64,000 nucleotides of DNA from Clostridia bacterium (lineage in GTDB: Bacteria > Bacillota > Clostridia > RGIG6154). Location: the NCBI GenBank assembly GCA_045589295.1, contig JAZNOU010000002.1:1-64000 (forward strand), in the 5' to 3' direction. The translations under genes were made by a program, and so were the position numbers. The notes beneath the pieces were generated by a model. That model ran no database searches and was not told the origin of the DNA. It saw nothing but the letters and a program-made list of their open reading frames with translations. Positions 50,637-61,648 of this stretch are shown here, one piece after another; positions within the stretch are counted from its first letter, which is position 1, and each line of letters begins with the position of its first letter.

Positions 50637-51518
50637 TTATACTTTAAGATGTTTTCTGAGAGAGAATATACTTCCCACAGCACCTATTACAACACCGACT
50701 GCTAAAAATGAGAGTCCAAGATAAGCCCATACTGCCCCGAATGGAAGGAGTGTAAACATTGTAATTGAGTTATTGACGCAAACGCAAGTGTACGCAATCC
50801 ACATAATCAAAAAGCATAATACTGCTCCATAAATACCTATTATTATACCTTCAATAACAAAAGGCCATCTGATAAACCAGTCGGTAGCACCTACATATTT
50901 CATTATGTTTATCTCTCTTCTTCTTGCGTAAACCGAAACCTTTATCGAGTTTGCTACAATGAAGCCTGAAATAATGAGAAGTATTGCCATAAGCCACAAA
51001 CTTGCGGCTTTTATGGTGTCTGCAATTTTCACAATTATAGCGGCAGATTCCTGCAAATCAGTAATATTTTCTATGCCACTAATTTTTTTAAGGTGAGAAA
51101 TTACGGTTTTAGTTTCGTTCAAATCCGAAAGTGTTATTTTATACGAGTTTCTGAAAGGGTTGTCGTGCTCTAAGCCATCTAAAATATTTGCCTTTTCTTT
51201 AAGCTTTATGCGCATTTCTTCAAATATCTGTATTTTTGTATATTTTTCAATTTCTTCAACTTGTTCAATCTTTAAAATTTTACTGCCCAAAGCATCATAT
51301 TCTTCGTCAGAAAGGTCATCTGAGATAAACACCTGAATCTGGCAGCTTCTTGAAAAATCATCTACCCAATGGTTGACATTTAATGTAAGCAGTATAAAAA
51401 CTCCCAAGATAAAGAGTGCTGCCAAGGTAGTAGTAACAGAAGCTATGCTCATAAGTTTGTTCTGACGAAAGCTTTTTAAGGCTTGTTTTATGTAATAACT
51501 CAAATGATTAATTCTCAT
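50637..51518 (-). CDS. ftsX: cell division permease FtsX
   Basis: RRREINIMKYVGATDWFIRWPFVIEG. Confidence 0.95.
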   Translation of the reverse strand: MRINHLSYYIKQALKSFRQNKLMSIASVTTTLAALFILGVFILLTLNVNHWVDDFSRSCQIQVFISDDLSDEEYDALGSKILKIEQVEEIEKYTKIQIFEEMRIKLKEKANILDGLEHDNPFRNSYKITLSDLNETKTVISHLKKISGIENITDLQESAAIIVKIADTIKAASLWLMAILLIISGFIVANSIKVSVYARRREINIMKYVGATDWFIRWPFVIEGIIIGIYGAVLCFLIMWIAYTCVCVNNSITMFTLLPFGAVWAYLGLSFLAVGVVIGAVGSIFSLRKHLKV

Positions 51519-52194
51519 AGCCGTACACACCCTTCTCTTCATCTCTTACAATAGTTCCGTTTTCTATTGCAATAACACGTTTTTGCATATCATCAACTAT
51601 TTCTTTTGCGTGGGTAGCAACAATGACCGTAGTGCCTTTTTTGTTGATTTCGTCCAAAAGCTCCATTATTTCGTGCGCAGTTTCTGGGTCTAAATTTCCT
51701 GTAGGCTCGTCTGCAACTAAAATAGAGGGGTTGTTGATAATTGCTCTTGCAATTGCTACACGTTGCTTTTCACCGCCTGAAAGTTGAGACGGATAAGCTT
51801 TTGCACGGCTCTGAAGACCAACCTGGTTTAAAATTACAGGGATTTTTTTTCTTTTAAGTCTTTTTGAGGCACCAACAATTGTCATTGCGAATTCTACGTT
51901 TTCATACACGGTCATATCTTCTAAAAGTCTGAAATCCTGGAATACAACACCCAGTCCGCGTCTGAAAAATGGAATTTCCTTGTGCTTTAGACTGGCAATG
52001 TTTACGTTGTTCATTATAAACTCACCCTCTGTCGGCACAGTTTCACGCAGAAACATTTTGATAAGTGTGGATTTACCAGCACCTGATGCACCTACCAAAA
52101 ATACAAATTCGCCTTTTTCTATTATAAAGTTAACATTTCTTAAAACTTCGTTTCCTTCTTCGTATCGTTTTGAGACATTTCGTGCAATAATCAA
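51508..52194 (-). CDS. ftsE: cell division ATP-binding protein FtsE
   Basis: GASGAGKST, VFQDFRLL, LSGGEKQR, ADEPTGNLD. Confidence 0.96.
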   Translation of the reverse strand: MIIARNVSKRYEEGNEVLRNVNFIIEKGEFVFLVGASGAGKSTLIKMFLRETVPTEGEFIMNNVNIASLKHKEIPFFRRGLGVVFQDFRLLEDMTVYENVEFAMTIVGASKRLKRKKIPVILNQVGLQSRAKAYPSQLSGGEKQRVAIARAIINNPSILVADEPTGNLDPETAHEIMELLDEINKKGTTVIVATHAKEIVDDMQKRVIAIENGTIVRDEEKGVYGYEN

Positions 52195-52205
52195 AAAATC
52201 AACTC

Positions 52206-53246
52206 CTAATTGCCCCTGGAGGCTCTTAAATACTTCTGAATAAGCATTGCGATTTTAAACAGCAACGCATCATCAAATTTTCTTACATCAAGACCCGTTA
52301 AGTCCTGAATTCTGTCAAGTCTGTATACCAAAGTGTTTCTGTGGATGTAAAGTTCTCTTGCAGTAAGAGAAATATTAAGATTATAGTCAAAGAAACACTG
52401 AACGGTAGACATTGTGTCTTCATCAAGTTCTTTTAAAACATCCTCACTTAAAACTTCATTTAAGAACGCTTTGCACTTTTCGACCGGAGCGGAAGTAATA
52501 AGTCTGCTTATTCCGAGAGTCATATATGAATATATTCTGTTTCGGTTTTCAAATACGCTGCCAATGTTAAGTGCATTTATTGCGGTGTTATATGAACGAC
52601 TTAATGTTTTTAAGTTTGTGCTTGGCGCGCCGATTGCTATTGTAGGCTGTTCTACAAGTTCAGACATAATGCCGGTGGAAATCTGATTTGCAATTTGCAT
52701 TAGTCTTGAAGGTGTAGGTTCGGATTTAAAATGTCTTATGAATACTATTTCATTTGAATCGTTAGGGAAGACATAATCGTTTTCTCTTGCAGGAGCAACT
52801 TCGCGGATAATTTTAAGAGCCATTGGAATATTTTTGCTTGAAAGTTTTATAACAAAGACTATCCTCAAAAGGTCGACAGGTATGTCAAGACTCGGGGCTT
52901 TCCAGTAAGCTTCTTCCAGTTCACCTGCTATTAACTGTTTGAAAAAATATTCTGAGTCAACCAAAACTCTGCTGTTGGCACAAAGTGCATTTATTGCGGC
53001 CCTTATAGCAGGAGCCGTGCTTTTTGCAAATTCTTCTGTACCTTCGACAAACAGAGAAAATCTCACATTTACATCATCACTTAAAGCGAAGGAATAGTAC
53101 ACAAAATCAAGGTCTTTGAGCTTTAAGCCTACAAGATTTTTTTTGTTTGAGGCAACAACAATGTTGTGGTTGTCATAAAGTCCTATTCGATTTGAAAAAC
53201 TGGTTGATAGTAAATCAAAATACTTTTGATAAAGTGAAATCGACAT
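52206..53246 (-). CDS. CdaR/PucR family transcriptional regulator
   Basis: C-terminal LYIHRNTLVYRLDRI. Confidence 0.9.
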   Translation of the reverse strand: MSISLYQKYFDLLSTSFSNRIGLYDNHNIVVASNKKNLVGLKLKDLDFVYYSFALSDDVNVRFSLFVEGTEEFAKSTAPAIRAAINALCANSRVLVDSEYFFKQLIAGELEEAYWKAPSLDIPVDLLRIVFVIKLSSKNIPMALKIIREVAPARENDYVFPNDSNEIVFIRHFKSEPTPSRLMQIANQISTGIMSELVEQPTIAIGAPSTNLKTLSRSYNTAINALNIGSVFENRNRIYSYMTLGISRLITSAPVEKCKAFLNEVLSEDVLKELDEDTMSTVQCFFDYNLNISLTARELYIHRNTLVYRLDRIQDLTGLDVRKFDDALLFKIAMLIQKYLRASRGN

Positions 53247-53410
53247 ATTGCACCGCCGTTAATTCTTTATTTTGTGTATTAAACACATATAATCACTATA
53301 TATCATATCACAAATTGATAATAAATGCAAAGAAATATACTAAAAAAACAAAAAATTTCGTATTTTTTTCACAAAAAAAGATATCGGCATCAGTAAGACG
53401 CCGATATCAG

Positions 53411-54205
53411 CTATTTAGTTTCGTTTAAAAATTGTTTTTTGTATGAAAGTATTATAAGAATTGCCCCTAAAACAAAAGTTGCAACTGCAACAAGCTGAGA
53501 AACTCTAAATGCTCCAAAATAGAGGCTGTCTGTTCTTAAGCCTTCAATAAAAAATCTGCCAAGTCCGTACCATACAAGGTACGAATAAAAGGTAAGACCA
53601 TCGGATTTTTTGTGTTTGTTTATAAAAATCAAAACAAAAATACCGATGAAATTCCAAAGGCTTTCATATAGAAAAGTAGGGTGAACAAAAATAATTTTTC
53701 CGTGGCTGTAAAGCCCCATTTTCCAAGGAAGATTTGTTATACTGCCAAAGGCCTCTTTGTTCACAAAGTTACCCCATCTGCCTATAGACTGACCTAAAAT
53801 CACACCTATAATACACACGTCAAAAACTTTTTTCCAGTTAAGTTTTTTCATCTTGCAATATATGTAAGCGGCGGCGGCAGCACCGATAACTGCGCCGTAA
53901 ATTGCAATTCCACCCTCCCATATTGCAAAAATTTTCGGGAAGTTATTTTTGTATTCAGAGAACGAAAAAATAACATAGTAAAGTCTTGCACATACAATTG
54001 CAGAGGGTGCACCAAACACAACAATATCTAAGATTGTGTCTTGGTTTACACCATCTTTTCTTGCTGTATACGAACTTAAAAAGTAGCCCGCAATCAAAGC
54101 AAATGCAATAATTATCCCGTACCAGTAAACATCTTTTGAACCAATACTGAAAGCGACGGGGTCTATGTTAAATTCAAATCCCAAAATCGAAACGTAATTA
54201 TTCAT
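53411..54205 (-). CDS. lgt: prolipoprotein diacylglyceryl transferase
   Basis: YWYG, GRWGNF, HPTFLYES, EGLRTD. Confidence 0.97.
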   Translation of the reverse strand: MNNYVSILGFEFNIDPVAFSIGSKDVYWYGIIIAFALIAGYFLSSYTARKDGVNQDTILDIVVFGAPSAIVCARLYYVIFSFSEYKNNFPKIFAIWEGGIAIYGAVIGAAAAAYIYCKMKKLNWKKVFDVCIIGVILGQSIGRWGNFVNKEAFGSITNLPWKMGLYSHGKIIFVHPTFLYESLWNFIGIFVLIFINKHKKSDGLTFYSYLVWYGLGRFFIEGLRTDSLYFGAFRVSQLVAVATFVLGAILIILSYKKQFLNETK

Positions 54206-54209
54206 AATA

Positions 54210-55502
54210 TCACTCTTTCGGCAGAATGGTTGAAAGCACGCTGTTTTCCTTCTTCATTGAGCCAATGTATTTGATTGCATCTTCTTTTGTTATAACATCA
54301 AACATCTTAAGTGTATTATATATGTTATAGCTGTGAAAATGTGCATCCATCATATTTCGTGCAGTTGTTTCAACATTATTGAATTCTTTGATGAAATCCG
54401 CCTTTAAAATGTTAAGCTGACGTTTAAACACACGATCAGGTATACCGTTTTTAGCGGTTTGCTCAATGGTTTTTAATACTTCTTCATAAACCTTTTCCGG
54501 GTTTTCGCTTTCGCCTGAAATTAGAGTGTGACTGTACTCTGCTTCCAATGAGTATTCGATGTCAAAGTTGTCGTTTATAAGTCCTGATTCGTAGTGAGTG
54601 TTGTAAAAATCACTGCTTCTTCCGAACATAATTTCAAGACAAACATTTGCCAAAATTTCTTTAAAAATAAACGTATCACTGTTAAATCCGTTTAAATTAT
54701 CCTTAAAGCCAATATTAAAAAGCGGCATACTTACAGAAAGCTTTTGAGAAACTTTTTGTTTTAACACGTTTTCAGGTTCTTCGTCATAATTGACTTCTAC
54801 CTTTTGTGCCGGTTTTATGTTTGTTAAAAGACTGTTTGCATATTCTGCAGTCTTAAAAGGGTCAACATCTCCGCAAATTGAAAGAACCATATTTGATGCG
54901 TTGTAAAATGTTTCATAACAGTCGTAAAGCATTTCGCTTGTTATTTTTGAAATGCTTTCTACCGAGCCTGCAATATCGCGTTTTACAGGAAAAGTGTGAT
55001 ACATGCCCTCGAGAAGATTAAAATAAACTCTCCAGCCGGGGTGGTCTAAATACATATTTATTTCCTGACCTATAATGCCCTGTTCTTTTTTTACGTTTTC
55101 GGGTGTAAAATAGGGAGTCTGCATTAAATCGGTCAGAATTTTAAGGTTTTCTTCAAATTTATCTGTGCAGGTAAAGTAATAAGCGGTGTTTGTAAACGAA
55201 GTAAATGCATTTGCATTAGCGCCAGTTTTAGCATATTTGGAAAAAGCGTCACCTGTTTCGCTTTCAAAAAGTTTGTGCTCTAAAAAGTGCGCAACACCAT
55301 CAGGGATTTCGGTAAATTCTTTTTGTCCCTCTTTTTTGAAGCGGTTCTTTATTGAGCCATATTTAACACCGAACATAGCACATTTTTTGTGAAAGCCTTT
55401 TTTGGGAGTGATATAAATACTCATTCCGCAATCGGCTTTAAAAATATATGTTTCTTCGTTTAAAAGTTTGTTTTCAAGGATAAGATAATCTATGTTGCTC
55501 AT
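54210..55502 (-). CDS. M16 zinc peptidase (YmfH-like)
   Basis: GVAHFLEHKLF, NAFTS, KEQGIIGQEI. Confidence 0.93.
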   Translation of the reverse strand: MSNIDYLILENKLLNEETYIFKADCGMSIYITPKKGFHKKCAMFGVKYGSIKNRFKKEGQKEFTEIPDGVAHFLEHKLFESETGDAFSKYAKTGANANAFTSFTNTAYYFTCTDKFEENLKILTDLMQTPYFTPENVKKEQGIIGQEINMYLDHPGWRVYFNLLEGMYHTFPVKRDIAGSVESISKITSEMLYDCYETFYNASNMVLSICGDVDPFKTAEYANSLLTNIKPAQKVEVNYDEEPENVLKQKVSQKLSVSMPLFNIGFKDNLNGFNSDTFIFKEILANVCLEIMFGRSSDFYNTHYESGLINDNFDIEYSLEAEYSHTLISGESENPEKVYEEVLKTIEQTAKNGIPDRVFKRQLNILKADFIKEFNNVETTARNMMDAHFHSYNIYNTLKMFDVITKEDAIKYIGSMKKENSVLSTILPKE

Positions 55503-55503
55503 A

Positions 55504-56766
55504 TTACTTACCTCCTTTTAAGAAAAATACTGTGTCTAAAGTAACGGCTTTTGCAGCTTTTATAATATCTTCTTTTGTAACTGCATTGATTTTTTCAAGT
55601 GATTGCTCTAAAGAAAGATTAAGCCCTGTTAAAATACCGCCAAATGAGAATTCTTCCATTATGCTCAAAGAGTCCTTGGCAGAGTTGTAACTGCCCAAAA
55701 TTGCAAGCTTTGAAGCTAAAATGTCATCTTCGGTGAAATTGCCGTTTTTCATATCTTCAAGCTGTGCTGAAACCTCTTTTAAAGTGACTTCATATTTGTC
55801 AAATTCAATTCCGCAGTTTACTATTACAAGCCCTTTGTAACCGTCATAACCTGAGTTTGCATAGTAGGCAAGAGAAAGCTTTTCCCTTACATTAAGGAAC
55901 AGTTTTGAGTGTGGAGAACCCCCAAAAAGATTGTTGAAAACAACGGTTGCAAAATAAAGGTCATCATTTGCAGTTATTTCGGTTTTAAATCCTATTGAAA
56001 GCTTACCTTGTGTAATATCATTTTCTTCTGAAATATATTTCGGACTTTGAGAGTAACCGTTGAAGCTTGGCTTGATGTAAGAAGTCGGAATTACGTCCAA
56101 TTCTTCATACGCCTGCTTAATAATATCAATAATGTATTCTTTGTCGCATTTGCCACTCACAAAAATGTCGAGTGAAGAAGTGCTTAAAAGATTTTTATAG
56201 TAGTCATAAAGGCTTGTTGGGGTAATTTTTCTGATTTCTTCAATATCGCCAAATTCAAAAATCCCAAAAGTTTCGCCTTTATACATTTCTTCTGTAAGGC
56301 GTTTTTTTGCGTATTCTTTTTTGTCGTTTACAATACTTTCGATGAATTGTATAAGGTTAGTTTTTTCCCTTTCAACATATTCTGAGTCAAAAACATCTCC
56401 GTTTGGAAGATAGGGGTTATAAATCATTTGCTTTGCGAGCGCGCAAAGCTTGGAAAACGGTTTTAAGTCAGGCACTATAGAGTCACATATTGTTGAAAAT
56501 CTTATGGACACTATTTGATTTGCACCTTTTTTCTTGATGGCATAACTTGCGTTTGCACCATATAAATCATCTAAATATGTGTTTAAGTAGCTTGACTTGG
56601 GGTATCTGTTACAGCCTCTTCTTAAAACTGCAGGAATGAGTGCGTTGTATGACGCCTCAGGGTTTTGCAAGGGACGTGTAAAATTGAATGTAAGAAGCGA
56701 GGTTTTAAACCTGTCTCCTTCAATAAAATGAATGTTTACCCCGTTTTTTATATTAACTGTCTGCAA
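55504..56766 (-). CDS. M16 inactive subunit (YmfF-like)
   Basis: DRFKT, SKLFLNVREKLSLAYY; no HxxEH. Confidence 0.9.
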   Translation of the reverse strand: MQTVNIKNGVNIHFIEGDRFKTSLLTFNFTRPLQNPEASYNALIPAVLRRGCNRYPKSSYLNTYLDDLYGANASYAIKKKGANQIVSIRFSTICDSIVPDLKPFSKLCALAKQMIYNPYLPNGDVFDSEYVEREKTNLIQFIESIVNDKKEYAKKRLTEEMYKGETFGIFEFGDIEEIRKITPTSLYDYYKNLLSTSSLDIFVSGKCDKEYIIDIIKQAYEELDVIPTSYIKPSFNGYSQSPKYISEENDITQGKLSIGFKTEITANDDLYFATVVFNNLFGGSPHSKLFLNVREKLSLAYYANSGYDGYKGLVIVNCGIEFDKYEVTLKEVSAQLEDMKNGNFTEDDILASKLAILGSYNSAKDSLSIMEEFSFGGILTGLNLSLEQSLEKINAVTKEDIIKAAKAVTLDTVFFLKGGK

Positions 56767-56903
56767 AGCTAAAACTCCAATCGTTTTTGTTAAATAGTAT
56801 ACCACGAATTTGTAAAAAAAGCCATACCTAAAAATTAATATTAAAAAAGAGTTGCAAAAAAAGGCGAAAAATAGTATAATTTGTATGAAAAAGGAGGGAA
56901 ACT

Positions 56904-57509
56904 TTGATGTTGTCTGAAAAAATCAGGAATTTAAGAATGAAAAATTCACTTACGCAAACTCAGCTTGCGAATATGCTGGGGTGCTCTGTTGCAACGGTTT
57001 CGGGTTATGAAACAGGCAAGACAGAAGTGCCTACAGAAGTTATATCAAAGTGCGCCCGATATTTTAACTGTCCGCTTGAATATTTTTATAATATGGACAT
57101 TCCGCTCATGGAAACACCTGAGCTTATGGAAAAAACTTTGTATAAAATAAAAATGAAAGTAATAAAAGACTTATCGCTTCCGCCCGAGGGCAAAAATGTT
57201 TGGGGAGAAATGGAACATCCCCTGTATGATTTGCCTTATGACAGGGTTGTGTGGAAAATGGAAGATAAAGAAGAAATAAAATATGTCATATTGCTTGTGG
57301 GCAAAACCCCAAGGGAAGGTGACAGAGTAGCAGTAGTAACAGATGACGGCGAGAGCAAGCTCGGATATTACTATGTAGACGAAACTCACAATGTTTGCAT
57401 AAAGTCAAAACCAAAAGGAATGAAAGGAATTAGAAACCTTAAGGTGGACTTAAATAAAAATGGTGTAATTTACGGAATAGTTGAGGGTGTATATATTCAC
57501 TTTAATTAA
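56904..57509 (+). CDS. XRE-family HTH regulator with a degenerate S24-like C-terminal region
   Basis: LTQTQLA..TVSGYETG; C-terminal PREGDRVAV...IYGIVEG. Confidence 0.75.
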   Translation: MMLSEKIRNLRMKNSLTQTQLANMLGCSVATVSGYETGKTEVPTEVISKCARYFNCPLEYFYNMDIPLMETPELMEKTLYKIKMKVIKDLSLPPEGKNVWGEMEHPLYDLPYDRVVWKMEDKEEIKYVILLVGKTPREGDRVAVVTDDGESKLGYYYVDETHNVCIKSKPKGMKGIRNLKVDLNKNGVIYGIVEGVYIHFN

Positions 57510-57538
57510 AAAAGCGGTGCTTTAAGCACCGCTTTTTG

Positions 57539-58912
57539 TTACTTTATAAGCATTTCGCCAACTTTATTGACAGGACCTGCACCGATGGTCATAATAAGCT
57601 CGTCGCCTGAGCAGGTTTTTCTTATGTGGTCGGCGACTTCTTCAAATTCTTTTATATAAGTCGCATCGCACCCGTTTTTAACCATAATATCAACAACGTC
57701 CTGAGAAGACACACTGCCGTCATCAATTTCACGTGCGGCATAAATGTCTGTTATAATTACACGGTCAGCGAGTGAAAGGCTTTGCGCAAACTCGTTTAGA
57801 AGAGCCTTCGTTCTTGTGTAAGTGTGGGGTTGGAAAATAACCGTTACACTTTTGTGGCCGAAATTTTTTGCAGTTTCGATTGCAGCAGTGATTTCAGTGG
57901 GGTGGTGAGCATAATCGTCAACCACAGTACAGCCTTTGTAATCGCCTTTAATTTCAAAACGGCGGTCGGTTCCTTCGAAATTTTTAAGACCTGACTTAAC
58001 AGAGTCGGCACTCAAACCACAATCTATACATAATGCGGCAGCAGCCAGACTGTTTAAAACATTGTGCTTACCAGGTACACTTAATGTAATTGTGCAAAGC
58101 TTCTGACCAAAATAAACAAGGTCATAGGTCGCAAAGCCGTTTTTGTCAAATACAACATTTTTTGCATAAACGTCGAAGTTTTCCCCTATACCAAAGGTTA
58201 TAACCTTGCACTTTGCATTTTTTACAGTCTTTAAAGCGTTTTTGTCATTTCCGTTTACTATAATACTTCCATCTTCCGGTACAAGCAATGCAAACTTTTC
58301 AAATGCACTTATAATGTGGTCAATGTCTTTAAAATAGTCAAGATGGTCTGCATCAACATTAAGAATTATGGCTTTTTTGGGGAAAAATTCCAAAAAGCTT
58401 TCAACATACTCGCAGGCTTCGGTTACAAATATATCACCTGAACCTATTCTTAGATTTCCGTCAAGCGCTCTAACTTCACCCCCAACCAAAATTGTGGGGT
58501 CATTTTTTTCTTCAAGCATTATAAGTGATACCATTGAAGTAGTGGTGGTTTTTCCGTGAGTTCCTGAAATGCAGCAAGGGCAATCGTAAGATTTCATAAG
58601 TTCGCCTAAAAAAACACTTCTTTCAACAACTCTTCCTGCATTTTTTACAGCTTCTTTGTACTCAGGATTGTCTTTGGAAATTGCCGCGGTGTATACTACC
58701 AAATCAGGTGATTTAATGTTCTTTTCAGATTGACCTACAAAAACTTCAATTCCTGCATTTTCGAGCTTTCTTGTGATATGGGTTGGAGTTATATCACTTC
58801 CCGAAACCTTGTAACCACCCTTTTTTACAATTAGGGCGAGAGAAGACATACTTATTCCGCCAATTCCTATAAAGTGTATATATTTACCTTCAGATAAATT
58901 AAAAATTTTCAA
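57539..58912 (-). CDS. murC: UDP-N-acetylmuramate--L-alanine ligase
   Basis: HFIGIGGISMS, GTHGKTTTT, EACEY, DDYAHHPTEI, FQPHTYTRT. Confidence 0.97.
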   Translation of the reverse strand: MKIFNLSEGKYIHFIGIGGISMSSLALIVKKGGYKVSGSDITPTHITRKLENAGIEVFVGQSEKNIKSPDLVVYTAAISKDNPEYKEAVKNAGRVVERSVFLGELMKSYDCPCCISGTHGKTTTTSMVSLIMLEEKNDPTILVGGEVRALDGNLRIGSGDIFVTEACEYVESFLEFFPKKAIILNVDADHLDYFKDIDHIISAFEKFALLVPEDGSIIVNGNDKNALKTVKNAKCKVITFGIGENFDVYAKNVVFDKNGFATYDLVYFGQKLCTITLSVPGKHNVLNSLAAAALCIDCGLSADSVKSGLKNFEGTDRRFEIKGDYKGCTVVDDYAHHPTEITAAIETAKNFGHKSVTVIFQPHTYTRTKALLNEFAQSLSLADRVIITDIYAAREIDDGSVSSQDVVDIMVKNGCDATYIKEFEEVADHIRKTCSGDELIMTIGAGPVNKVGEMLIK

Positions 58913-59177
58913 AACTAAATTCCTCCTGAAAACTCAAAGGTTATTGTATGTAAAAATCTTTTTTTTATAATATAGCAGAAAATATAAGTTTTTTCAATAA
59001 AAAAGCAAAAAAATAATAAAAAAACCTTGATTTTTTTCGGTAAAAATAATATAATTACTCTATTAAACGTTCTATTTAATATACAATAAGAAATTATCTG
59101 CTGATTATAATATACATAAAGAAGCGGCAGATGGTTACTTTTTACAAAACAGGAGAAATAAAAAACGGAGGAATAAA

Positions 59178-60383
59178 ATGATTAACATTGCAGTTTTGGG
59201 CTTTGGTGTTGTAGGCTCTGGTGTAGTTGAACTGATAGAAAAAAACGCCGAAACCGTGAACAAAGGTCTTTCTAAAAAGATATGTGTTAAAAAAATTCTT
59301 GACATAAGAGATTTTGATGGACATAAATATCAGGACCTTTTTACAAAAGATTTTGATGAAATCTTAAATGATGACAGCATCAGCATTGTTGTTGAAACAA
59401 TAGGTGGAAAAGAGCCTGCAAAAACTTTTACTGAAAAAGCACTTAAAAAAGGTAAAAGCGTTGTTACTTCAAATAAAGAGCTTGTTGCAGCTTTCGGAAG
59501 CGAGCTTATGGTAACAGCAAAAGAAAATAATTCATATTATATGTTTGAGGCAGCTGTTGGTGGAGCAATACCTGTTTTAAGACCGATGGGAACGTGTCTT
59601 GCAGCAAATAATATAACAGATATATGGGGTATTTTAAATGGTACCACAAACTATATTTTAACCAGAATGTTTGAGGACGGGGCGTCTTTTGCAGATGCGC
59701 TTAAAGAGGCTCAGCAAAAGGGTTATGCAGAGCGTGACCCCTCAGCCGACGTTGAAGGCTATGACACAATGAGAAAGATTGCAATTTTAATGTCTATCGC
59801 ATCAGGTTATGAAGTGAACTGTGACAAAGTAATGGCAGAAGGTATTACAAACATACAAAAAGAAGATGTCAAAATTCTCGACAAAGCGGGATATGCTATA
59901 AGACTTATAGGGCACGGTAAAGCGTGTGACGGAAAGGTTTTTGCAAGAGTAAGTCCTATGGTTATTTCCAAAAACCACCCTCTGTCAGGCGTTAAAGATG
60001 TGTTTAACGCAGTGATGATTATGGGCGACGCTACCGATGAGGTTATGTTCTATGGTAAAGGTGCCGGAAAGTTTCCTACGGCAAGCGCAGTAGTTGCAGA
60101 TGTAATTGATATTGCAAAGGCATGCGGTAATCAACCAAAGTATACATGGAAAAAACCTGAAACCGACATAATGATTGACATAAAAGACACGTCTTCTATG
60201 TTTTATGTAAGAGCAAAAGGTGTTACTGAAAATGACTTTAATGTTTTGCAGGTTATTTCAAATACAGATGATGAAATCGCTTTGATAACTGCTGAAATGA
60301 ATGAAGAAGCATTTGAAACAGCTAAAACAGCACTTGAACAAAAAGGCGCCGAGTTTAAAGCTGTAATCAGAAAATTATTATAG
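59178..60383 (+). CDS. hom: homoserine dehydrogenase
   Basis: GFGVVG, FEAAVGGAIP, GILNGTTNYIL, GAGKFPTASAV. Confidence 0.96.
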   Translation: MINIAVLGFGVVGSGVVELIEKNAETVNKGLSKKICVKKILDIRDFDGHKYQDLFTKDFDEILNDDSISIVVETIGGKEPAKTFTEKALKKGKSVVTSNKELVAAFGSELMVTAKENNSYYMFEAAVGGAIPVLRPMGTCLAANNITDIWGILNGTTNYILTRMFEDGASFADALKEAQQKGYAERDPSADVEGYDTMRKIAILMSIASGYEVNCDKVMAEGITNIQKEDVKILDKAGYAIRLIGHGKACDGKVFARVSPMVISKNHPLSGVKDVFNAVMIMGDATDEVMFYGKGAGKFPTASAVVADVIDIAKACGNQPKYTWKKPETDIMIDIKDTSSMFYVRAKGVTENDFNVLQVISNTDDEIALITAEMNEEAFETAKTALEQKGAEFKAVIRKLL

Positions 60384-60397
60384 AAAGTGGTGTTAAT

Positions 60398-61609
60398 ATG
60401 GGTTTGGTAGTTCAAAAATTCGGAGGCTCTTCGGTTGCAGATGCTAAAAAAGTTATGAATGTTGCCGAAAGAGTTACTGATGAGTATAAAAAAGGTAATA
60501 ACGTTATTGTTGTTGTTTCCGCGCAGGGCGATACAACAGATGAGCTTATTGAAAAAGCAAATGAAATTAATCCTAATCATTCAAAAAGAGAAATGGATAT
60601 GCTTCTTTCAACAGGTGAGCAGATTTCTATTTCACTTCTTGCTATGGCTATTGAAAAATTGGGCTTTCCGGTAATTTCTCTTACAGGCTGGCAGGTTGGA
60701 ATGAAGACTGACAGTAACTATTCTTTGGCAAGAATAAGAAAAATCGATACTGAAAGAATTGAAATGGAACTTGACAAGAAAAACATTGTGGTTGTTGCAG
60801 GTTTCCAGGGAATTAACAAGTATGATGATATTACAACTTTGGGCAGAGGCGGTTCTGACACAACAGCAGTAGCACTTGCTGCAGCACTTCATGCAGATAT
60901 TTGTGAAATTTACACAGATGTTGACGGTGTTTACACAACAGACCCAAGAATTGTAAAAGATGCAGTTAAATTGAATGAAATTTCTTATGACGAAATGTTG
61001 GAGCTTGCATCCTTAGGCGCAAACGTTCTTCATAACCGCTCAGTAGAAATGGCTAAAAAATATAATGTAAATTTAGAAGTTAAATCAAGTTTTGAAAGAG
61101 TACCGGGTACTGTTGTTAAGGAGGAAGTAGATATGGAAAAGATGTTGGTTAGAGGTGTAGCAAGAGATAATGACGTTGCAAGGATTGCAGTTATCGGTTT
61201 AAAAGATGAACCGGGAACAGCGTTTAAGATTTTCTCACTTCTTTCAAAGAATAAGATAAATGTGGATATTATTTTGCAGTCAATCGGCAGAGATAATACA
61301 AAAGATATTTCATTCACTGTTACAGAAGGTAATCTTAACAAAGCTGTTGAGATTTTGGAACAGAATAAAGACCTTATTGGTTACAAAGACATTTCAAGCT
61401 CAACAGACCTTTCAAAAGTGTCTATTGTTGGCGCAGGTATGGTAAATAACCCTGGTGTTGCATCAAAAATGTTTGAGGCGCTTTTTGAAAGCTCAATAAA
61501 CATCCATATGATTTCAACATCAGAACTTAAAGTGTCAGTTCTTATTGATCAGGCTGAAGCAGAACGTGCAGTAAGAGCTATCCATGACAAGTTTGATTTT
61601 ACAAACTAA
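60398..61609 (+). CDS. lysC: aspartate kinase
   Basis: VQKFGGSSV, TTLGRGGSD, DVDGVYTTDP, two ACT domains. Confidence 0.96.
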   Translation: MGLVVQKFGGSSVADAKKVMNVAERVTDEYKKGNNVIVVVSAQGDTTDELIEKANEINPNHSKREMDMLLSTGEQISISLLAMAIEKLGFPVISLTGWQVGMKTDSNYSLARIRKIDTERIEMELDKKNIVVVAGFQGINKYDDITTLGRGGSDTTAVALAAALHADICEIYTDVDGVYTTDPRIVKDAVKLNEISYDEMLELASLGANVLHNRSVEMAKKYNVNLEVKSSFERVPGTVVKEEVDMEKMLVRGVARDNDVARIAVIGLKDEPGTAFKIFSLLSKNKINVDIILQSIGRDNTKDISFTVTEGNLNKAVEILEQNKDLIGYKDISSSTDLSKVSIVGAGMVNNPGVASKMFEALFESSINIHMISTSELKVSVLIDQAEAERAVRAIHDKFDFTN

Positions 61610-61648
61610 CTAAAAAATTTAAAATTTATACCGAAAGGATAAAACGCA

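Noticed and set aside
54210-56766. M16 peptidase pair with one subunit lacking HxxEH
   Set aside because: Well-known YmfF/YmfH arrangement; not novel.
58913-59177. possible lysine riboswitch or T-box upstream of hom-lysC
   Set aside because: AT-rich, with no recognisable aptamer or terminator.
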